Virus record (IMG/VR): IMGVR_UViG_3300046171_000173 | Coordinates: 15,594-79,593 of that record | Length of the DNA: 64,000 bases | Reading direction: 5' to 3' (one strand) | Source of the DNA: a virus | In this document: in pieces, positions 43,404 through 58,427 of the stretch | Layout: each line of letters starts with the position of its first letter | How positions within the stretch are numbered: position 1 is the stretch's first letter | The notes under the pieces: generated by a model | The model's database searches: none | The model's input: only the letters and a program-made list of their open reading frames with translations | Told to the model about the DNA's origin: nothing | Made by a program: the position numbers and the translations under genes

Positions 43404-46400
43404 TCATGTTAAGTTTTTGCGGAGTGCACCAGTGTCACGAAGACCAAAAACTCTTCGTTGCAATGTTGGGAAAGTACCTATTCCAACACCAGTTGTAAGA
43501 CCCTACCGTATTACCGGTAACACCGATAGCAACTGGATTTGCTCTATTAAATACACCTCCTCCACCTGCATTAAATAGTCTTCCCCATGAGAATCGACCA
43601 TTTACTCCACTGTTAATACCAACAGTCACACCCAATCCAGTTGTATTTCACACCCGAATGAACATTAACTAAAATTTCAGCAACAGTTGCATTTTTAGTA
43701 ATTGACTTGAATCATGTATACATTATCTGCAAAAGAAGTTCCAATTCCAACAGTATCTGCATTTGCACCACTAGTATTTAATGAAGTTACTCCATTACCT
43801 ACATGAGTATCAAATATGTATATTGGATATCCAGCAACTAAATCATTAAAGTTACCTGATGCTTTTTGTAATCCAATTCTCAATCCAAGAGTTGAAACAC
43901 CTACAGTAACTGTTTCAATTGCAGTGACAATACCTGAGAATCCTTGTACATTTTTAATATTAGTAATACTTTCTTTTATTACATCTGGAGTTGGTGCTAA
44001 AACTTCAGGAACATTTGTATTTGTGTAACCAAATCCAACATTATTCATTGTTACTGATGCAATAGATCCATTTGTAATGTTTCCAGTTGCAACTGCAAAT
44101 GTTGAAACTCCTGCAACTGCAAATTGAGTTGCGGCCACTCCAACTGGTGCTGCTATTGAAATACTTGTTGTCGATCCCACATAACCACTACCACCACTTG
44201 ACAACAGTAATTGCAGTAACTTGACCAGTATTTGAAACTGTTGCAGTTAATGCTGCAGCAACTGGTGATATATCATTCACGACTAATACACCAATATCAT
44301 TAATTTGGAAACTAGTTGCAGAATTATCTTCTTCATAATCGAAGAATTTTGCATCATCGACAAATATACTAGTTCCTTCTGCAGTACCTGTACCCTAAAT
44401 CTCCTATCAATCTTGCAGTTGGATAAATTAAAGGTTCAATTGAATCTCTTGCTTTGGATATAATATTACCACCAATCACCTTATCAACTTTTTGTTTAGT
44501 CCAATTAAGTGGTTTGAAGTTAACTTCATCAATACCGACACCAGTATAGATTTCAGTTTCAAAAGTATCTGATGTTGTAATACCAACAATTGTTCGACTT
44601 GATTGTGCAATTGTACCAGATATTGCATTATTGCTTGTAATATCAACCACATCTCCAGTCTTAACACTTTCAACAACATCAACCACTATAGTATCAACAC
44701 CAGATGTTCCTTTATAGAAGAAAATTGCGACATCATCACCAGCATCTGGAGGTGAAGTAAAGTTAAATGTTGTTCCACCTTCAAAGTCATAGTCAACACC
44801 GGGATGTTGAATAACACCATTTACAAATATCAATAATAGATTTTTCATGTCTATTAATGAAGAATCTGCACTATTTCTGTCTATTTCAAAACTCAATAGT
44901 TGTGAATTAAGTCGTATTGGGAAACGAGTACGAACTCCATCCTGTAAAGTTGTAATTGGGTCAGTATAATCAAACTCACCAAAGTCCCATGATGCAAATT
45001 CATCTGTGAATATTTCATTAACTGTCAATTCAAAATCAGTGAGAACAGCACCACGAGCAGTAACTAATCCTACTGGTTTAATTTTATCTCCTTTCTTAAA
45101 TCCAAAACCATTTCTAGCAATCTTAAATGATGATACTGTGAATAATGTTGAACCTATTCCTGTAGTTGCATTTGCACTCACATCTACTGTGACTTTTAAT
45201 CCCTGACCAGTATCTGTAGTTGCACCAATACCAAGACGAGATATACCAGTAACTTCAAGACCCTCATAAGAAGGATCTGGAATATTTAATCTTGGATTTG
45301 TATAAGATACACCTGCACCGGCAACAGTAAAGGCCAATGTTCCACCAGCACCAACTGTAGCGGTTATACTTGCTCCATTTCCTCCTCCACCACCTTGTCC
45401 TACAAAGACAGTGATTCGTATTAGTTGTAACCTGATCTAATAACAGTTGCAACTACCAACAATTGGATCACCAGTAGAAGAACTTGGTGTTACTCCAGAT
45501 CTTGGATATGGATGTAAACTAGAGAAATTATCTTTAGAGCATCTGAATACAATACCACCAGTATCAATACCAACATGATTACCGACTGATAAACCATGAC
45601 CTGCAATGGTAAGTTCTAAGAATCCAGTATGAGATGTGTAAACTGCATTTGTAGCAGTTTTAGAAGTACCATTGAATATATTTGCAGCACCTGCTTGAGT
45701 TTTAATTGATCCAATACCAGAACTTGCAAATACATGTTCATACGCAATATCAGTAATACCAATCGCAACTGTTCCTCTATAACCAGATCCATGAACATCA
45801 GTTGTTCCAATTCCAACACCAGTTATCTGACCATTATCATTCTTAACTGCAGTTACAGCAGCACCCTACTAATGGTGCAATACCTTCACCACCTGTTGAT
45901 CCTAATGATACAATTACTCCACCTCTTGGTAATTGATTTAAATTAACATCATGCCTGACTAAGAATTTTTTCTCCACTTGTTGAACTAATTCCAGTGAAT
46001 AAAATATTTGTAGCGGTTGTTCCTACACCAACAAAATCATAATTGTTTCCACTATTATTTGCTGTAGTTGGTTTTTGGAATATTCCATTTAATAAAACTA
46101 CAGTACTACCAGTTTGAATACCTGTTGTATTCACACCACTGACACTCATGTTATGTGTTGCACCTATTCCAGTAAATCCATCAGAAATATCATCAAAGAT
46201 TCTATTATTTGAATAATCATTTCTTAGATATACTCTTCCATTAAATTCTGATCTTGGGAACTCCTAAGTTAGATGCATTTCGACTTACATTATTTGTTCC
46301 TTTTGGAGCATCTGTAAAGAATACTTTACTATCCACAATATTAAATGATCCTGTAAACTTTCTAATTGCATCACTATCTGAGTGTGTTGCTGCAGTGCTA

Positions 46401-49400
46401 CCCAATGATCCTCTTTCAACACCAACTAAATTAATTGCACCACCACCTGATATTGGGCCAACTGATGTTGTACCAACACCAACAGATGTTATCTTCATTA
46501 ATTCAGTTCCAACTTCAAGAATATCTCCCTCTGATAATGAAGAAATACCTGCAACACTAAAGATAGTTGAGGTTGATGATATATTTCCTCCAACATTATT
46601 TGAAACTGTAGTATTAACTGGTGTAAATGCTATTGGTGATTGAATTAAACCATCAATATCAATAACAGTTTTCTCAAGTTTCTTAGTCATCTCTAACTGA
46701 TGAATATTACCAGATCCTAATGATACAAAAGTAACACCTGTTCCAGCATTAGCATTTGACTTGCTAGTTGCTAATTTAAATGTATCTTTTGTAAGTCTAA
46801 TCGCAAATACATCTGTAGGAACATTTGTATTATGTGCAGTTGTCATTGCTGTTGCAGCCAACACCAACAAATGAACTCTTAGGTGTATACTTTAATTTTT
46901 CTGCAGTTCTAAAGAAGTGATCCGTGATTGTAAAGACACCAGTTGCTGCATTTAGTGTTGATGTATCAGTTGGTCTAAACTGTTTCGAGAAAATAGGTAC
47001 ATTATTAGACTTTAATTCAAACTCTTTCTTATTTGCTCTATCACCATTAACTGCATTGTATTGTCTTACTTTTACAGATTCTACGACTCTACCAAATGTT
47101 AAATCTGGAGGAACATTGAATATGTCAATATCTCTGTAGAATACTTCACTATATGCTTGCACTTCTACATCACTAAATCCACTATCAGGATTAAATCTTA
47201 AGTTAAATTAGAACCTGAGAAACTAGCAGTAAATGTTCCAATACCTGCTGTGCTTCCAATTGAAATAAATGGGTAATGCACAGTAGATGTACTAGTTCCA
47301 TCATGCATTGCAATTACTTGATGCATCGCATGTGTTGTTCCTTTAGAAACTTTAACTATACTCTTGATTGCATTATATTTGTTTGAATCAACTCCAACTA
47401 TAGTTGATAGTGCACTGACTCTCTTATAATTTGATTGTAAATTAACAGATCTTTCAGATCCAGCAAGTTGTGTTGCATCTTTAAATCTATATGTTCCAGT
47501 TCCTGCGGTTGTTGTACCAAATCCAACAGCCTTTAGCACGAACATTAACTGTATTAATTCCAGTATTAGAATATTCTAATGATAATATATTTGATTGAAG
47601 ATTTGATGTAAATGTTCCTATAAAATTAGATGAGAAGTTTGCTATATCTCCACTGTCAACATAATATTCAGTAAAGTATGAATCAGTACCATCTGTTGTT
47701 ACATAGATATCGACTAGATTTTTCTCGTCTGTAGTTGTATCTTTAACCTCAACAGTTGCATAGAAAGCAGATGTAAGTCCGACAGGTGCTGAAACAATGT
47801 TAGTAGTTACCGCTGCACCAACATTTGTACTCACACCAACAAGATTTATGAAACCAACAGCCTGCGTACCAACACCTGATAGAGTACTGTTAAATTTATT
47901 TTCATAAACTTTAATATCTAAATCATCATCAAATGGATTAGTTGGTGTTATTCTGAGTGTGGTGGTGCTTGTTGATGCATCAGTAAACCCAATCACATCT
48001 ACTATCTTGTCAGTACCAATACCTAAACTGTTTTTCTCGAATGTGAATGTATCAGTTGAATCTTTAAATACTACAACTTCATCTATTCTAATTTCATTTG
48101 TACTAGGGTTTCTTGTTTGAATTACAAAATTACCATAATCTTCAGTTAGAGGTATATCGATTCTATTATTCTAAGTGCTTTCTGCATTTGAAAATTGTGA
48201 ACTAATATCATCAATAGAAATTACACGGTTAGTTCTACACTCAATATAACTTGCAAGTTTTTTGTTCTTAAATTTAATAAATTTAGATTTTGTATTATTT
48301 TCAAGTGTATCGGTATCAATTGATAAATCAAAATTATTAATAGTGTCAACTCTTTTTTCCGTAATTAAATCTCTTGATAACACTAAAGCAGAAATAGATG
48401 ATATTCCGGAAGCAGCAGTCGATGTTATTCCTGTGTCTGAGAAATTCTTTAATCCTGTTGTATGAACTAATCTATTAACTGGATCAACTATATCTGTATA
48501 TGCAATTGGACTCTGAACAGTATATGATAAATTTTGATAATAATCATTATCAGGAAGCACTTGATAGTCTTCACTCAATTTACCAGTTTCAGTATCCCAT
48601 CCTCGATCTTGTTTTAGTGAGAAATCTATATTAAATCTTCCTTTATTTTGACTGATAGAGTTTATAGTCGCAATAGTACCACTTATTTCACCTCTAATTT
48701 GATCACCTATGACTAAATCATATGATCCACTTACTTTTATAAATTCATCAGGATTATTTTCAAATACAGATAAATTAACAATTACAAAATTATTACCAAT
48801 TTTGACTGCTAGTCTTTCACCTGCTTTAAATTCTGATGATGATTGTGTTGTTCTAAATGTTGGATAATCACTAAATTTAGTAATTGTTGCATAGTTACTT
48901 TGTGTTGTTTTTGCAATACCAATAGCAGTTGTTGTAATTCCGGTCATATCAAACTTAACAACAGCAGGATTGGTATTTGTATATGAAGTTACTGTAAAGA
49001 AATTAAATCCGTGATCAGTTGAGTTGTAACCAGATCCAGTGGATGATTCTAATTGAATACCTTCAACAAATATCTGTTCACCAACTGTAAATACAGATGT
49101 TGAGAATCCTGCAACAGGTGTAACTAGTGTACAAGTAACAACACCAACAGTTGTTGTAGTAGACATTCCCAACAACTTGAGATATTGATACACCATTAGA
49201 ATTATTAATTGTTCTAATTCTTTGTTCAATTGGTTTTAAACCCTTTGGAGAACTAATTACATTTACAGCAGATATAGAACTTGATGCCAATTCTAATTCT
49301 ATAACACCCTGATCAGTTAATAATCCAGTCTCAGGATCAACAACAACTAAATCAGGTGCAGAAATATAATTTTTACCACCAGATATTACTTCAATCTTTC

Positions 49401-52400
49401 CAATAACATCAGAGTTAATTAAGGTTATTGTCGGAGATATACGAGCATCAGGCCTTAATGTTTTATCGGAATGATATTCAAAACCGGGATCTAGGATTCT
49501 AACATCATTAATTTTATTAACAGTATCAGATAGTGCGAGAATTTTTGCATTAATTCCATTTATAGATGTGATGCTTGATATTCCGGGAATCCTCTTATAT
49601 CCAAGTCCTGATGATGTTAAATTAATTTTACCAACACCACCACTTGCAAGAGATGAATTAGTGATATAAGATAACTTATCTACTTGTGAAGATGTATATG
49701 ATAGTCTTTCTGGTATTTCATTTAGTGATACATTAAAAGATGTAGTGCCAACTCCGAATACAGAATATGATCCCTCATATTCACTATCCATATATGAAAT
49801 TCTAGATCCATCTTTAACATCAGTATCAGAAGTGCTTATAAAACCAGATTTTTCAATCGCATAATATAAATTAATCGGATTATCATCAGAATATTTTAAT
49901 GTGACTATAGAAGTAGTTCCAACACCAACAGTTCCTACACTTGATAATACAAATGGTGTAGTAGATCCAGTAGATACAAATTGATTGTGAAAATCAGGAA
50001 TCATAATATAAATTAAAGTCGTAACCTGATAAAGAGGAATCTGAAACATAAAATACTAAATCATTATTTTTGACAATGGATAATGGTGGATTAATTAATG
50101 ATAGTTCTTGAGATGACTCCACCTGTATTAGTTGTGATACCTACAACTTTTGGTGGTTCATTATCTACATCATATTTTGTTTCTGCTAATTGGAATGTGT
50201 TATCATCAAGTCTGTAGACAAAATAAGTTCCAGTTGTTAATCCAGTAGCCTGAGTAGTTTTACCATCATAATAAACTTTCTGTCCAGTTTTATATCCATG
50301 ATCTGCTAAAAATATACTATCATTTCCTATATTTGTCTGTGCTAACGGAACAGTATTAATTAATATCTTATCCTCTGCTGCAGAGTATTTAACTGTAACT
50401 GAAGTCGAAATACCTGTACCTCCAGAAATATTAGAATCTAATGTTAAATCTATATTACTACCATTAGTAAGATCATGAGATGTAGATACTGCAACATGAG
50501 CAGTAATCTTTTGTGCTTTACCTAATACCTGTGTAAAGTTTGATTCGATTGAATATTCAAAACTATCTGTACCATCATTCTTAAAGAATATTGTTTCAGC
50601 TACCTCTGAACTGTTGAAATACCAATTAAATCCTTAGAAATATTTTTGATGAAGACTGTTTGACTGTCACCACTTAATGGTAAGTTAAAACTTGCAGCTA
50701 CTGCAGTTGTTGTTCCTGTTCCACATGAAATTGCATTTGCACTTGTTGGTTTTTTAAGAATAACTTCTTGATTATTAACAAATGGATGATTAGGGTATGA
50801 AGATACTCTTTGAAGGAACAGATATCACTTTTGATCTTTCACCAGTTGTGAACGATTTTGCTAATCCAATTGAAATACCAGCTGTTGTACCAACACCAAC
50901 TTGCTCTTCTGGATTGAAGAAAACTATATCATTAATCTTAGATTCAAACGGAGATGTAATAAGATCTATATCAAACCTATCAGGAACTGTAAAGACTGGT
51001 GTGGATAATGTATGAGCAGCACCTACAACACCTCTCTTGACTCTTAATATACCTCTTTCATTAAATGTATTAAGAACTAATAAACTCTCAGTACCAATAC
51101 CAATACTACTTCCTGCAGATACTACATCTGGTATCTTAGAAACATAGATGTCTGTTACAACACCAGCACTAGCATTTGCACCTAATTCTTTATATAATAC
51201 AACTCTTTCTGAAGAAACACCAATTTTATGTGAATCAGTAAGTTTTGGAATGCTTGTTGATAATCCAGAAACTGCAATTGTATCATTATTTGAAAGAGTA
51301 TGTGATGTTGATATAAATGCGGTTACTTTACTATCGTTCTTTCGCACATATACGACATTTGTATAGGTCTCTACGCTTGTATTGACACTAGTAATAGTTT
51401 TACCTTCAACATGTGATACAAGGGCACTGGCTCCCCCACCAGAGGTATTAAGATTATCAAAGTTTAAAGTATCACCTACCTTATAATCACTACCTGCTTC
51501 TACAATTTGGAAATCTTCAAGATTACCTCTAGTTACTGATTCTACAATTGCACTTTGTTCAACGATCTCATTTGATTCAATTAAGAAATCATTATCAGCA
51601 GTATCATCAGAAACTTTGTATGGAAGAGTATTTCGGATAACATTTGATCCATTAAAATCAAATGTGCTTTGATTTATTAAGAAATTATCTTCAATTGGTT
51701 CGGATCTATAAGTGTCTCCGATAAAATAAGGGAATTTTGGAATCTGATTACCCTGATTACCTGTTTGTATACCAACAAAGTACGCATAAACTCCATTTGG
51801 ATAGTCGGGAGTTTTTGTAAATCTACCATTACTCGAATCCAAATCTCCATCATCTGTATATCTGTAATCTTCAACAAAAAATCCTGATACGAATGATGGT
51901 CTATTAGTTACATTTGAAGTATCTAATGTATAACTTGTATTTAAAATTTTAATTGGTGAGTTTGTATTATCTGGATCACTATATCCGTAAGGGCCATAAA
52001 TTGGATTACCATCATATGCCCAACCTATAATTGGTGAATGTCCTCCACCAGTATCTCCCAACTCAGTTCCATAAATTGAAGTATTGTATCCTACAACAGC
52101 ATATTGTAAGTTTGTAATTGATTCCTGTAGTAGAATCTCATCATCAAATCTTTCTAAGTTATTAACTGACAATGATCTGACAGAGGGTTCAAATATTTGC
52201 CCAATACCAGCAGATTTAACTATTATTTCGGGTGCAGATGTATATCCAATACCGGGATTGATTATCTTAACATCAGTAATCTTACCGTTTTCAACTACAG
52301 GTCTTAATCTACCACCAATACCAGATCCAATTCCAACGACTTCCAAATCGGGAGGTGAGAAATATTCTTTTCCACCAAATCTAACATCAGTTGTAATTAT

Positions 52401-55400
52401 CTTACCATTTGAAATAACTACATCAATTTCTGCTTCTTTACCATTTTGTATTTTAACACTTGGTTTTTTCTCAAAATTTAATACACTAGATCCATAGTTT
52501 GTTCCACCTTCATACAAATAATTATCAACAATAGATCCACGAACAATAGGTGTTACTACAAGAGATTCAGTTAAAGCAACTGAAACAGGTGAATATACTG
52601 CGTTGACTGTAAGAACTATAGGAGGGAATGCAAATTCTTGTAAACCAGTTCCCGAAGAAGCAAATTTAACATAATCACCTCTCACATAATCATCATTAGA
52701 TGTGCTTGCAAGTCTAAATGTATTATTATCAAGTTTTATTATACGATACTGACTTGTTGTACTTAACCCAGATATAATTGAACCACCTGCAGCGAAATTA
52801 TATTCAATTGTATCACCACTAATAAATCCATGATTATTGAATTTTATATTATTATCAATAGTAGATATGTTAACTGGTTTAACACTCAATTTACGGTTTA
52901 TATAATCTGATCCTGCATTCTCAACTATAACTGATCTTAAATGATTTTTTGCATTAAGTAATTTAAATTTATGTGTTCCTAAAGTATTAACTGTAGTAAA
53001 TCCAACAGTATTAATACCAGCATTGTAATCTGAGAAACTTTCAAATAATCTAATTGAACTAATTCCTGTAACTTCCGGATAATATACAGATCCATTTGAT
53101 AAAAATCTATTTTGATCTGCATTATTTGATGTATGGATTCCAGCAAGAATTGTTGACACACCTAATGGTGAGTTATCATTACTATCATAAACTAAAGGTT
53201 CCCCACTTAATAAATTATGTCCACCATTAATTGTTATTATATCGGTATTAATATTAACTCCACCACCGATAGTTGACTGTCTACCATCAAAAGATATCTC
53301 CCTAACTCTCTTTGTTACTATTGGTCTTAGAGAGGCACCTGAACCTCCCCCACCAGATAAAGTAATTGATAAAACCTTATCAATATCAAAATTTTGTTGA
53401 TCTACAATAACTTCTTTTAAAGATCCCTTTATAACTGGTTGAACTAATGCAGTTGTTCCTGATCCTACTTGTGGAATTACAACTTGAGGAAGATTAATTG
53501 CATCAAAGTTTGATCCACCATTTAATATGTCAACTTTTAATAATGGGCCATAATAAATTAAATCATCTGATTTATAGTTTATAACTTCAACACCATTAAC
53601 TAAAATACCAGTTGCACCCGGAATTGTAGCAGTAGATTTACCAGATTTGATATTTGGTTCTACAGGAAACTTTTTAAGTATTTTTTGTACACCAATCTGT
53701 TCATTTTTATGTCTTAAAAGAACAAAAGTCTGTTCTCCACTTCCTGATGGTAGTGCAGTAAGTTCTAAATTATCAGCAATTGTAATAAATGATCTGGATG
53801 CATACAACTTAATTTGTTTTTTATCTGCCAAAACTTCAACATAATATACATCTTCAGTTAATTCTGCAATACGAGTTGTTTGTGGTTTGTAAAATACTGC
53901 ATCACCAGTGATAAAAGGAACATCTTGCGGGAAAGATATAATTGAATATTTTTGGGTGATATTACTAAAACCTTGTAATCTAGTTCCATTGGGCTTCACT
54001 AATAGTACTCTTATCAACTGTTTCAGTTATATCATATGCTGGCATTGAAGATGATGCCACATAAAATTCAGTATCATTTAAATTATAAGTATTTTGAACA
54101 TTAGAAGTTATAACATTATTACCAAACTGTAGAGTAGAAGTACTGCTTGATGCTGTTTTTAATTTTCTTCTAAGATTGTAATCAATTCCTATTGTAGGAG
54201 TAAATCCTCCAATATTATTTAAAAATAACTGATTAGAAGTAGATGTAACTGTTATAGTTTGTATAGTGGCATCAGAAACATCAACTATTTCTGTCCCTCT
54301 TCTTATAATCTCAACAGTATCTCCCTCTTTGAGGTTAGATTTATCAAATTCAGATTTTAAAATGAATGTAGATCCACTAATTGTATCAATCTGAAAAGTA
54401 CATGATGTATTGTAAATCCAAGAGTTAAACCATACTTCTTTTTTGGTTTTATAAAGTGTAGGATTGGGAACTACTTCTCCAACATTTTTAACTGTTATTC
54501 TCTCACCTTCAGACGCAACACTTGATCCAACAGTTGGTAATAGTTCAAAATTAGATAATACACCAGTAATTCTAAGTTCAACTTTTTTTGTTATATCCCC
54601 ATCTTCATATCCAAATACATTTTCATCAGATCTTAAATCATCAGTAGTTGATATTGCTGTTGATACACCAGTACAATTTAAAAATTGGTTTACTGTTTTA
54701 TCAGTATATGTAATTGTGTTTATTCCTGATATCGCGATACCAGTAGATCCAAATCCAACGGTTGAATCAACAGTAATTACAGAAGATCCAACAGATACAT
54801 TCCCAATTACCTTTGTTTTACCGGGAATCGTAAATGTGCCTTGAATACCAGTTCTATCATTAAATCCAACAAATAAACTTATTTTATAGAATGTCTTACG
54901 ATTACGAGTAACTATTTCAACTTCAGATACCGATGCCTTAGTTTCAGAGTCAGTTGACTTTGTAATTGTTTGTCCAATTAATTTGTTTGGATCACCACTA
55001 ATTACCTCTGCAAGTATAATTTCTCTACGAATATATTCTGCAGATGATGGTTTAACTAAAAATTCCTCAAGGTCAACAATCTTAGGAGTAACTCCAAATA
55101 AAACATTAAAGAGAATACGGAATGACTCTGCAGTTCCTTTAGATTGGTATAATGATTTGGATTCTTTTATAAAATTACTTACATCAAGATTAGATACAAA
55201 ACTTGAATCTTCAAGGCCTGGAGTCAATGTTGATTTGACTTTCTTATAAAACTCTTGTAAAAATAAAACACTCAAATTATTAACACTTACACCAGTTGTA
55301 TGAATACCTGCAGTAGTAGTTGCAAAAACCAATTCACCGGGATTATTTGGATCTGTATATGATGTAATACCACTAAAACCTCTTACACATCCTGTAAATG

Positions 55401-55749
55401 TATTAGTTGTTAAACCAGTGTATGTAATTATCTCATCATCTACCTTTAATAGTCCATATTCGTTTGGAAAACCTTTTGTAGTAGATACAGTAATTGTATC
55501 TGATGTAGAAGTTATACCAGTACTTAAAGTTGTGACACCTACAACTACTTCAGGTGTAAGATTGTCTAATTTTAAATACTGATCTAAGTTATCTGCAATA
55601 TCAATTGCACCACCACGATACTCTTGTGATCGATAATATTGTTTTAAAAAGTCAACAGTCTTTGGGCTCTCTGAGAGAATAAACTCAGGGAGCTGACTTT
55701 CGATTATTTGTTGTATTTGTATACGCTTTTCAATACCAGTTCCGATCAT
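43404..55749 (-). CDS. gp7: Giant baseplate wedge initiator (gp7-like, ~4100 aa), split into many ORFs by indels
   Basis: N-terminal QLPEF..FLKQYY and LYQSKGT; HSPIIGWAYDGNPIYGPYG; DNDYYQNLSY..LVHTTGLKNF; C-terminal GRFSWGRL...RDTGAL; lies between gp6 and gp8. Confidence 0.82.
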
Positions 55750-55750
55750 A

Positions 55751-57649
55751 TTATGTCCTTGTTAGTTCTCCATTTGCATAAGATGATGTAACTCTATATC
55801 CAACACCAGAAATTTGTTCACCGGAAGTTATTGTATCTTTAACCATATTTATAGTACTATTCGGAATGTTAAATTCTAGATACAAATCTTGTAATCCTAT
55901 GACATCATTTGAGTCTGGGAATGCCTGAACTTCTACTATATTATTCGGTTTATCAGTAGATACTATATTAATGGTTGTCAAATTAACTTCACCTTTAACA
56001 TAATCTACGGTTCCTGCTGATTTAACAACAACGATATTAGTATTAGTTGCTTCATCCTTCTTCACAATTGATATAATACCAGTTAACTTATCAGTATTTG
56101 GAGTATCTGTGATGAACACTGTATCAGTAGTTCCCTGAATTCTAAATCCTGTGCTCTTAATATTCAATCCTTCCGGTTTTACATTAAACTTATTACCAAA
56201 ACATAACTCATATTGAGCAAATTGATTAACCAGTGCATTTAAGTTTCTTCTAATTTTAATTCTAGTGATGTTAGATGTAATTGACTTATCAATATTATCA
56301 ATCACATTCAAAACTTTACTATACTTAAACCTTCCACCAAATTTATTTAAGTCAGATGAACTTGAATATGTTGTCAATGAAGTTGTAATTTTTGATTTTA
56401 AATCATTTACATTTGCAACTTGTGATGAATTGTAGTATATAAAGGAATCAACTTCAACATAAAGAACCTGAAGATCAACAATTTTTTGATTTATACCAGT
56501 GAGAGAATAACTTTTCAATTTGGATAATATATTGCCTTTATCAAAGTCTGATACAAATTCACCATTTTTAGGTTTAATTGTAATGAATACTGTTCCAAAT
56601 TCTGGAGGTGAAAGTTCTTCCCCACCAACAACAGATACACTTTCAGTATTTGGGTAAATGGATTGTATTATTGACTCATAATCTCTAGCCGTAACCGCCC
56701 TGTACTGTGCAGAATATAGTCTAGGTGCAAAATACTTAATCGAATCCAAAGTTTCTATCTCACCACCATTTGCTGCAGCATTGATAGTTGTAATTGTTGG
56801 AACGACTGTTGGTACAACTATATTTCCAAGAGAATCTTGTAGACTTCCTGCATAACTGAATATAGATGGGCCATTACCATCAATGCCTGAAGTAACAATG
56901 TACTGAACAGTAATTACAGCACCATCTTCAACTTTGGCACCAAAAATACCATCACCGAATAGAATTTCGTATCTTTCATCCTGAATCTCCTGAATTAAGT
57001 AAGTTTCAGATGATGAATTAACATTTACAATATTATCAACTTGCCTATATTGTTTTCCAAGACCGGGATCTGCAGATCCTTTGACATAAACCACAATAGA
57101 TGATGAATCAATTGATCCATTCTCTAATATAAATCTCTGTTCAAGAGATCCATCAACAATAAATTGAGAAGTAAGGAAAGTTCCTTCCAAAACATCTAAA
57201 GGTTCATCAGTAGTTCCAAATTGTGCTATTCCATTGTTTACGACTGTGGTTATTTGTTCTGATATTGAAAAAACAAAGGAAGTATCATCTTGTGCACCAG
57301 TGCATATAAGTCCGGGTTGAAGAGTGAGTGTTGGACTTGAAGAACCTGTTTGCACCTGAAATAATATTGATGCTCTTGCTGCTGTTTTTGATCTTGGAAC
57401 ATATCCAATGTTTCTTGCTAATGAAACTACATTCTCACGAAGTGTTGCAGAATCTAAAAATGACTCATTAACGACTAAGTTTGAGTTAAATGCAGTAATA
57501 TAGGTATTATATGCTAATGTGTCAATTAAAACTGAAAAGTTAGATCCTTCAAAGTCAAAATCCGTAAAATTAGAGTTTGCTCTTAAGTAGTCTTTAATTT
57601 GAGTCCTAATCTGATCAAAGTCAAGATTAGAAAATTTTGCGAAAGGCAT
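55751..57649 (-). CDS. gp6: Baseplate wedge subunit
   Basis: LDFDQIR, DFDFEGSNFS, QYRAVTARDY. Confidence 0.95.
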   Translation of the reverse strand: MPFAKFSNLDFDQIRTQIKDYLRANSNFTDFDFEGSNFSVLIDTLAYNTYITAFNSNLVVNESFLDSATLRENVVSLARNIGYVPRSKTAARASILFQVQTGSSSPTLTLQPGLICTGAQDDTSFVFSISEQITTVVNNGIAQFGTTDEPLDVLEGTFLTSQFIVDGSLEQRFILENGSIDSSSIVVYVKGSADPGLGKQYRQVDNIVNVNSSSETYLIQEIQDERYEILFGDGIFGAKVEDGAVITVQYIVTSGIDGNGPSIFSYAGSLQDSLGNIVVPTVVPTITTINAAANGGEIETLDSIKYFAPRLYSAQYRAVTARDYESIIQSIYPNTESVSVVGGEELSPPEFGTVFITIKPKNGEFVSDFDKGNILSKLKSYSLTGINQKIVDLQVLYVEVDSFIYYNSSQVANVNDLKSKITTSLTTYSSSSDLNKFGGRFKYSKVLNVIDNIDKSITSNITRIKIRRNLNALVNQFAQYELCFGNKFNVKPEGLNIKSTGFRIQGTTDTVFITDTPNTDKLTGIISIVKKDEATNTNIVVVKSAGTVDYVKGEVNLTTINIVSTDKPNNIVEVQAFPDSNDVIGLQDLYLEFNIPNSTINMVKDTITSGEQISGVGYRVTSSYANGELTRT

Positions 57650-58050
57650 TATCTTGCTGCTTGTAGTATGAATGTAAAGTCCTGTGTCGGAAACTCTTGG
57701 CCTATAATATCGAATAATACATTCACCTCAAACTCATTGGTATCTGGTCGAGGATCAACATTCACCTGTAAATTATCAACTCTAGGTTCAAAGTTTTCAA
57801 TAGTTGTGATAATTTCTCTCTCTATAACGGACGCTGTACCAAAATCAACGAACCCAAAGAGACTATCACGAACCTGAGAACCCAAAATTGAGTTAAAAAA
57901 CCTTTCTGTCGGTATTGTTTGCACCAAATTACGCACAGACCTCTTAATTGCGTTCTCATTGCGCAAAACAGTGATGTCTTTAGTAACTGGATGTGCATTA
58001 AAAGACAAATTTATGTCCTTAAATGCCCTAGATATGCGATTTACCGCCAT
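57649..58050 (-). CDS. gp25: Baseplate wedge / sheath initiator
   Basis: FKDINLSF..HP, AIKRSVRNLV, FEPRV; TATAAATA at ~58068-58075. Confidence 0.93.
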   Translation of the reverse strand: MAVNRISRAFKDINLSFNAHPVTKDITVLRNENAIKRSVRNLVQTIPTERFFNSILGSQVRDSLFGFVDFGTASVIEREIITTIENFEPRVDNLQVNVDPRPDTNEFEVNVLFDIIGQEFPTQDFTFILQAAR

Positions 58051-58076
58051 TTATAGTATTTTTTTATTATTTATAC

Positions 58077-58427
58077 CTATCTCGTCAAGTCTGTCATATT
58101 GTAATCATCAGAATCAAAGTAATTTAGTACCCACCATGCAACAGATCGTGGATTTTTGTTCCCACATGTGAAAATATCGATTGCTACACACCCTTTTTCA
58201 GGCCAAGTATGGCAAGATAGATGACTTTCTGCTAAAGATATGAGTGTAGTTACACCATAGGGGTCAAATTGATGAGAAAATGTATTTAAGATAGTCAAAT
58301 TTTCACTTTTGATTGCAGAAATACATGCCTGTTCAATTTTTTCTTTATCATTTAACTTATCAAAGGATACATTATATACTTCAACTAATAAATGTTCGCC
58401 CATATGAGCATTTTTCACAGTTTTCAT
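58077..58427 (-). CDS. speD: S-adenosylmethionine decarboxylase proenzyme
   Basis: HQFDPYGVT..LAESHLSCHTWPE..DIFTCG; E/SH pyruvoyl self-cleavage site. Confidence 0.93.
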   Translation of the reverse strand: MKTVKNAHMGEHLLVEVYNVSFDKLNDKEKIEQACISAIKSENLTILNTFSHQFDPYGVTTLISLAESHLSCHTWPEKGCVAIDIFTCGNKNPRSVAWWVLNYFDSDDYNMTDLTR

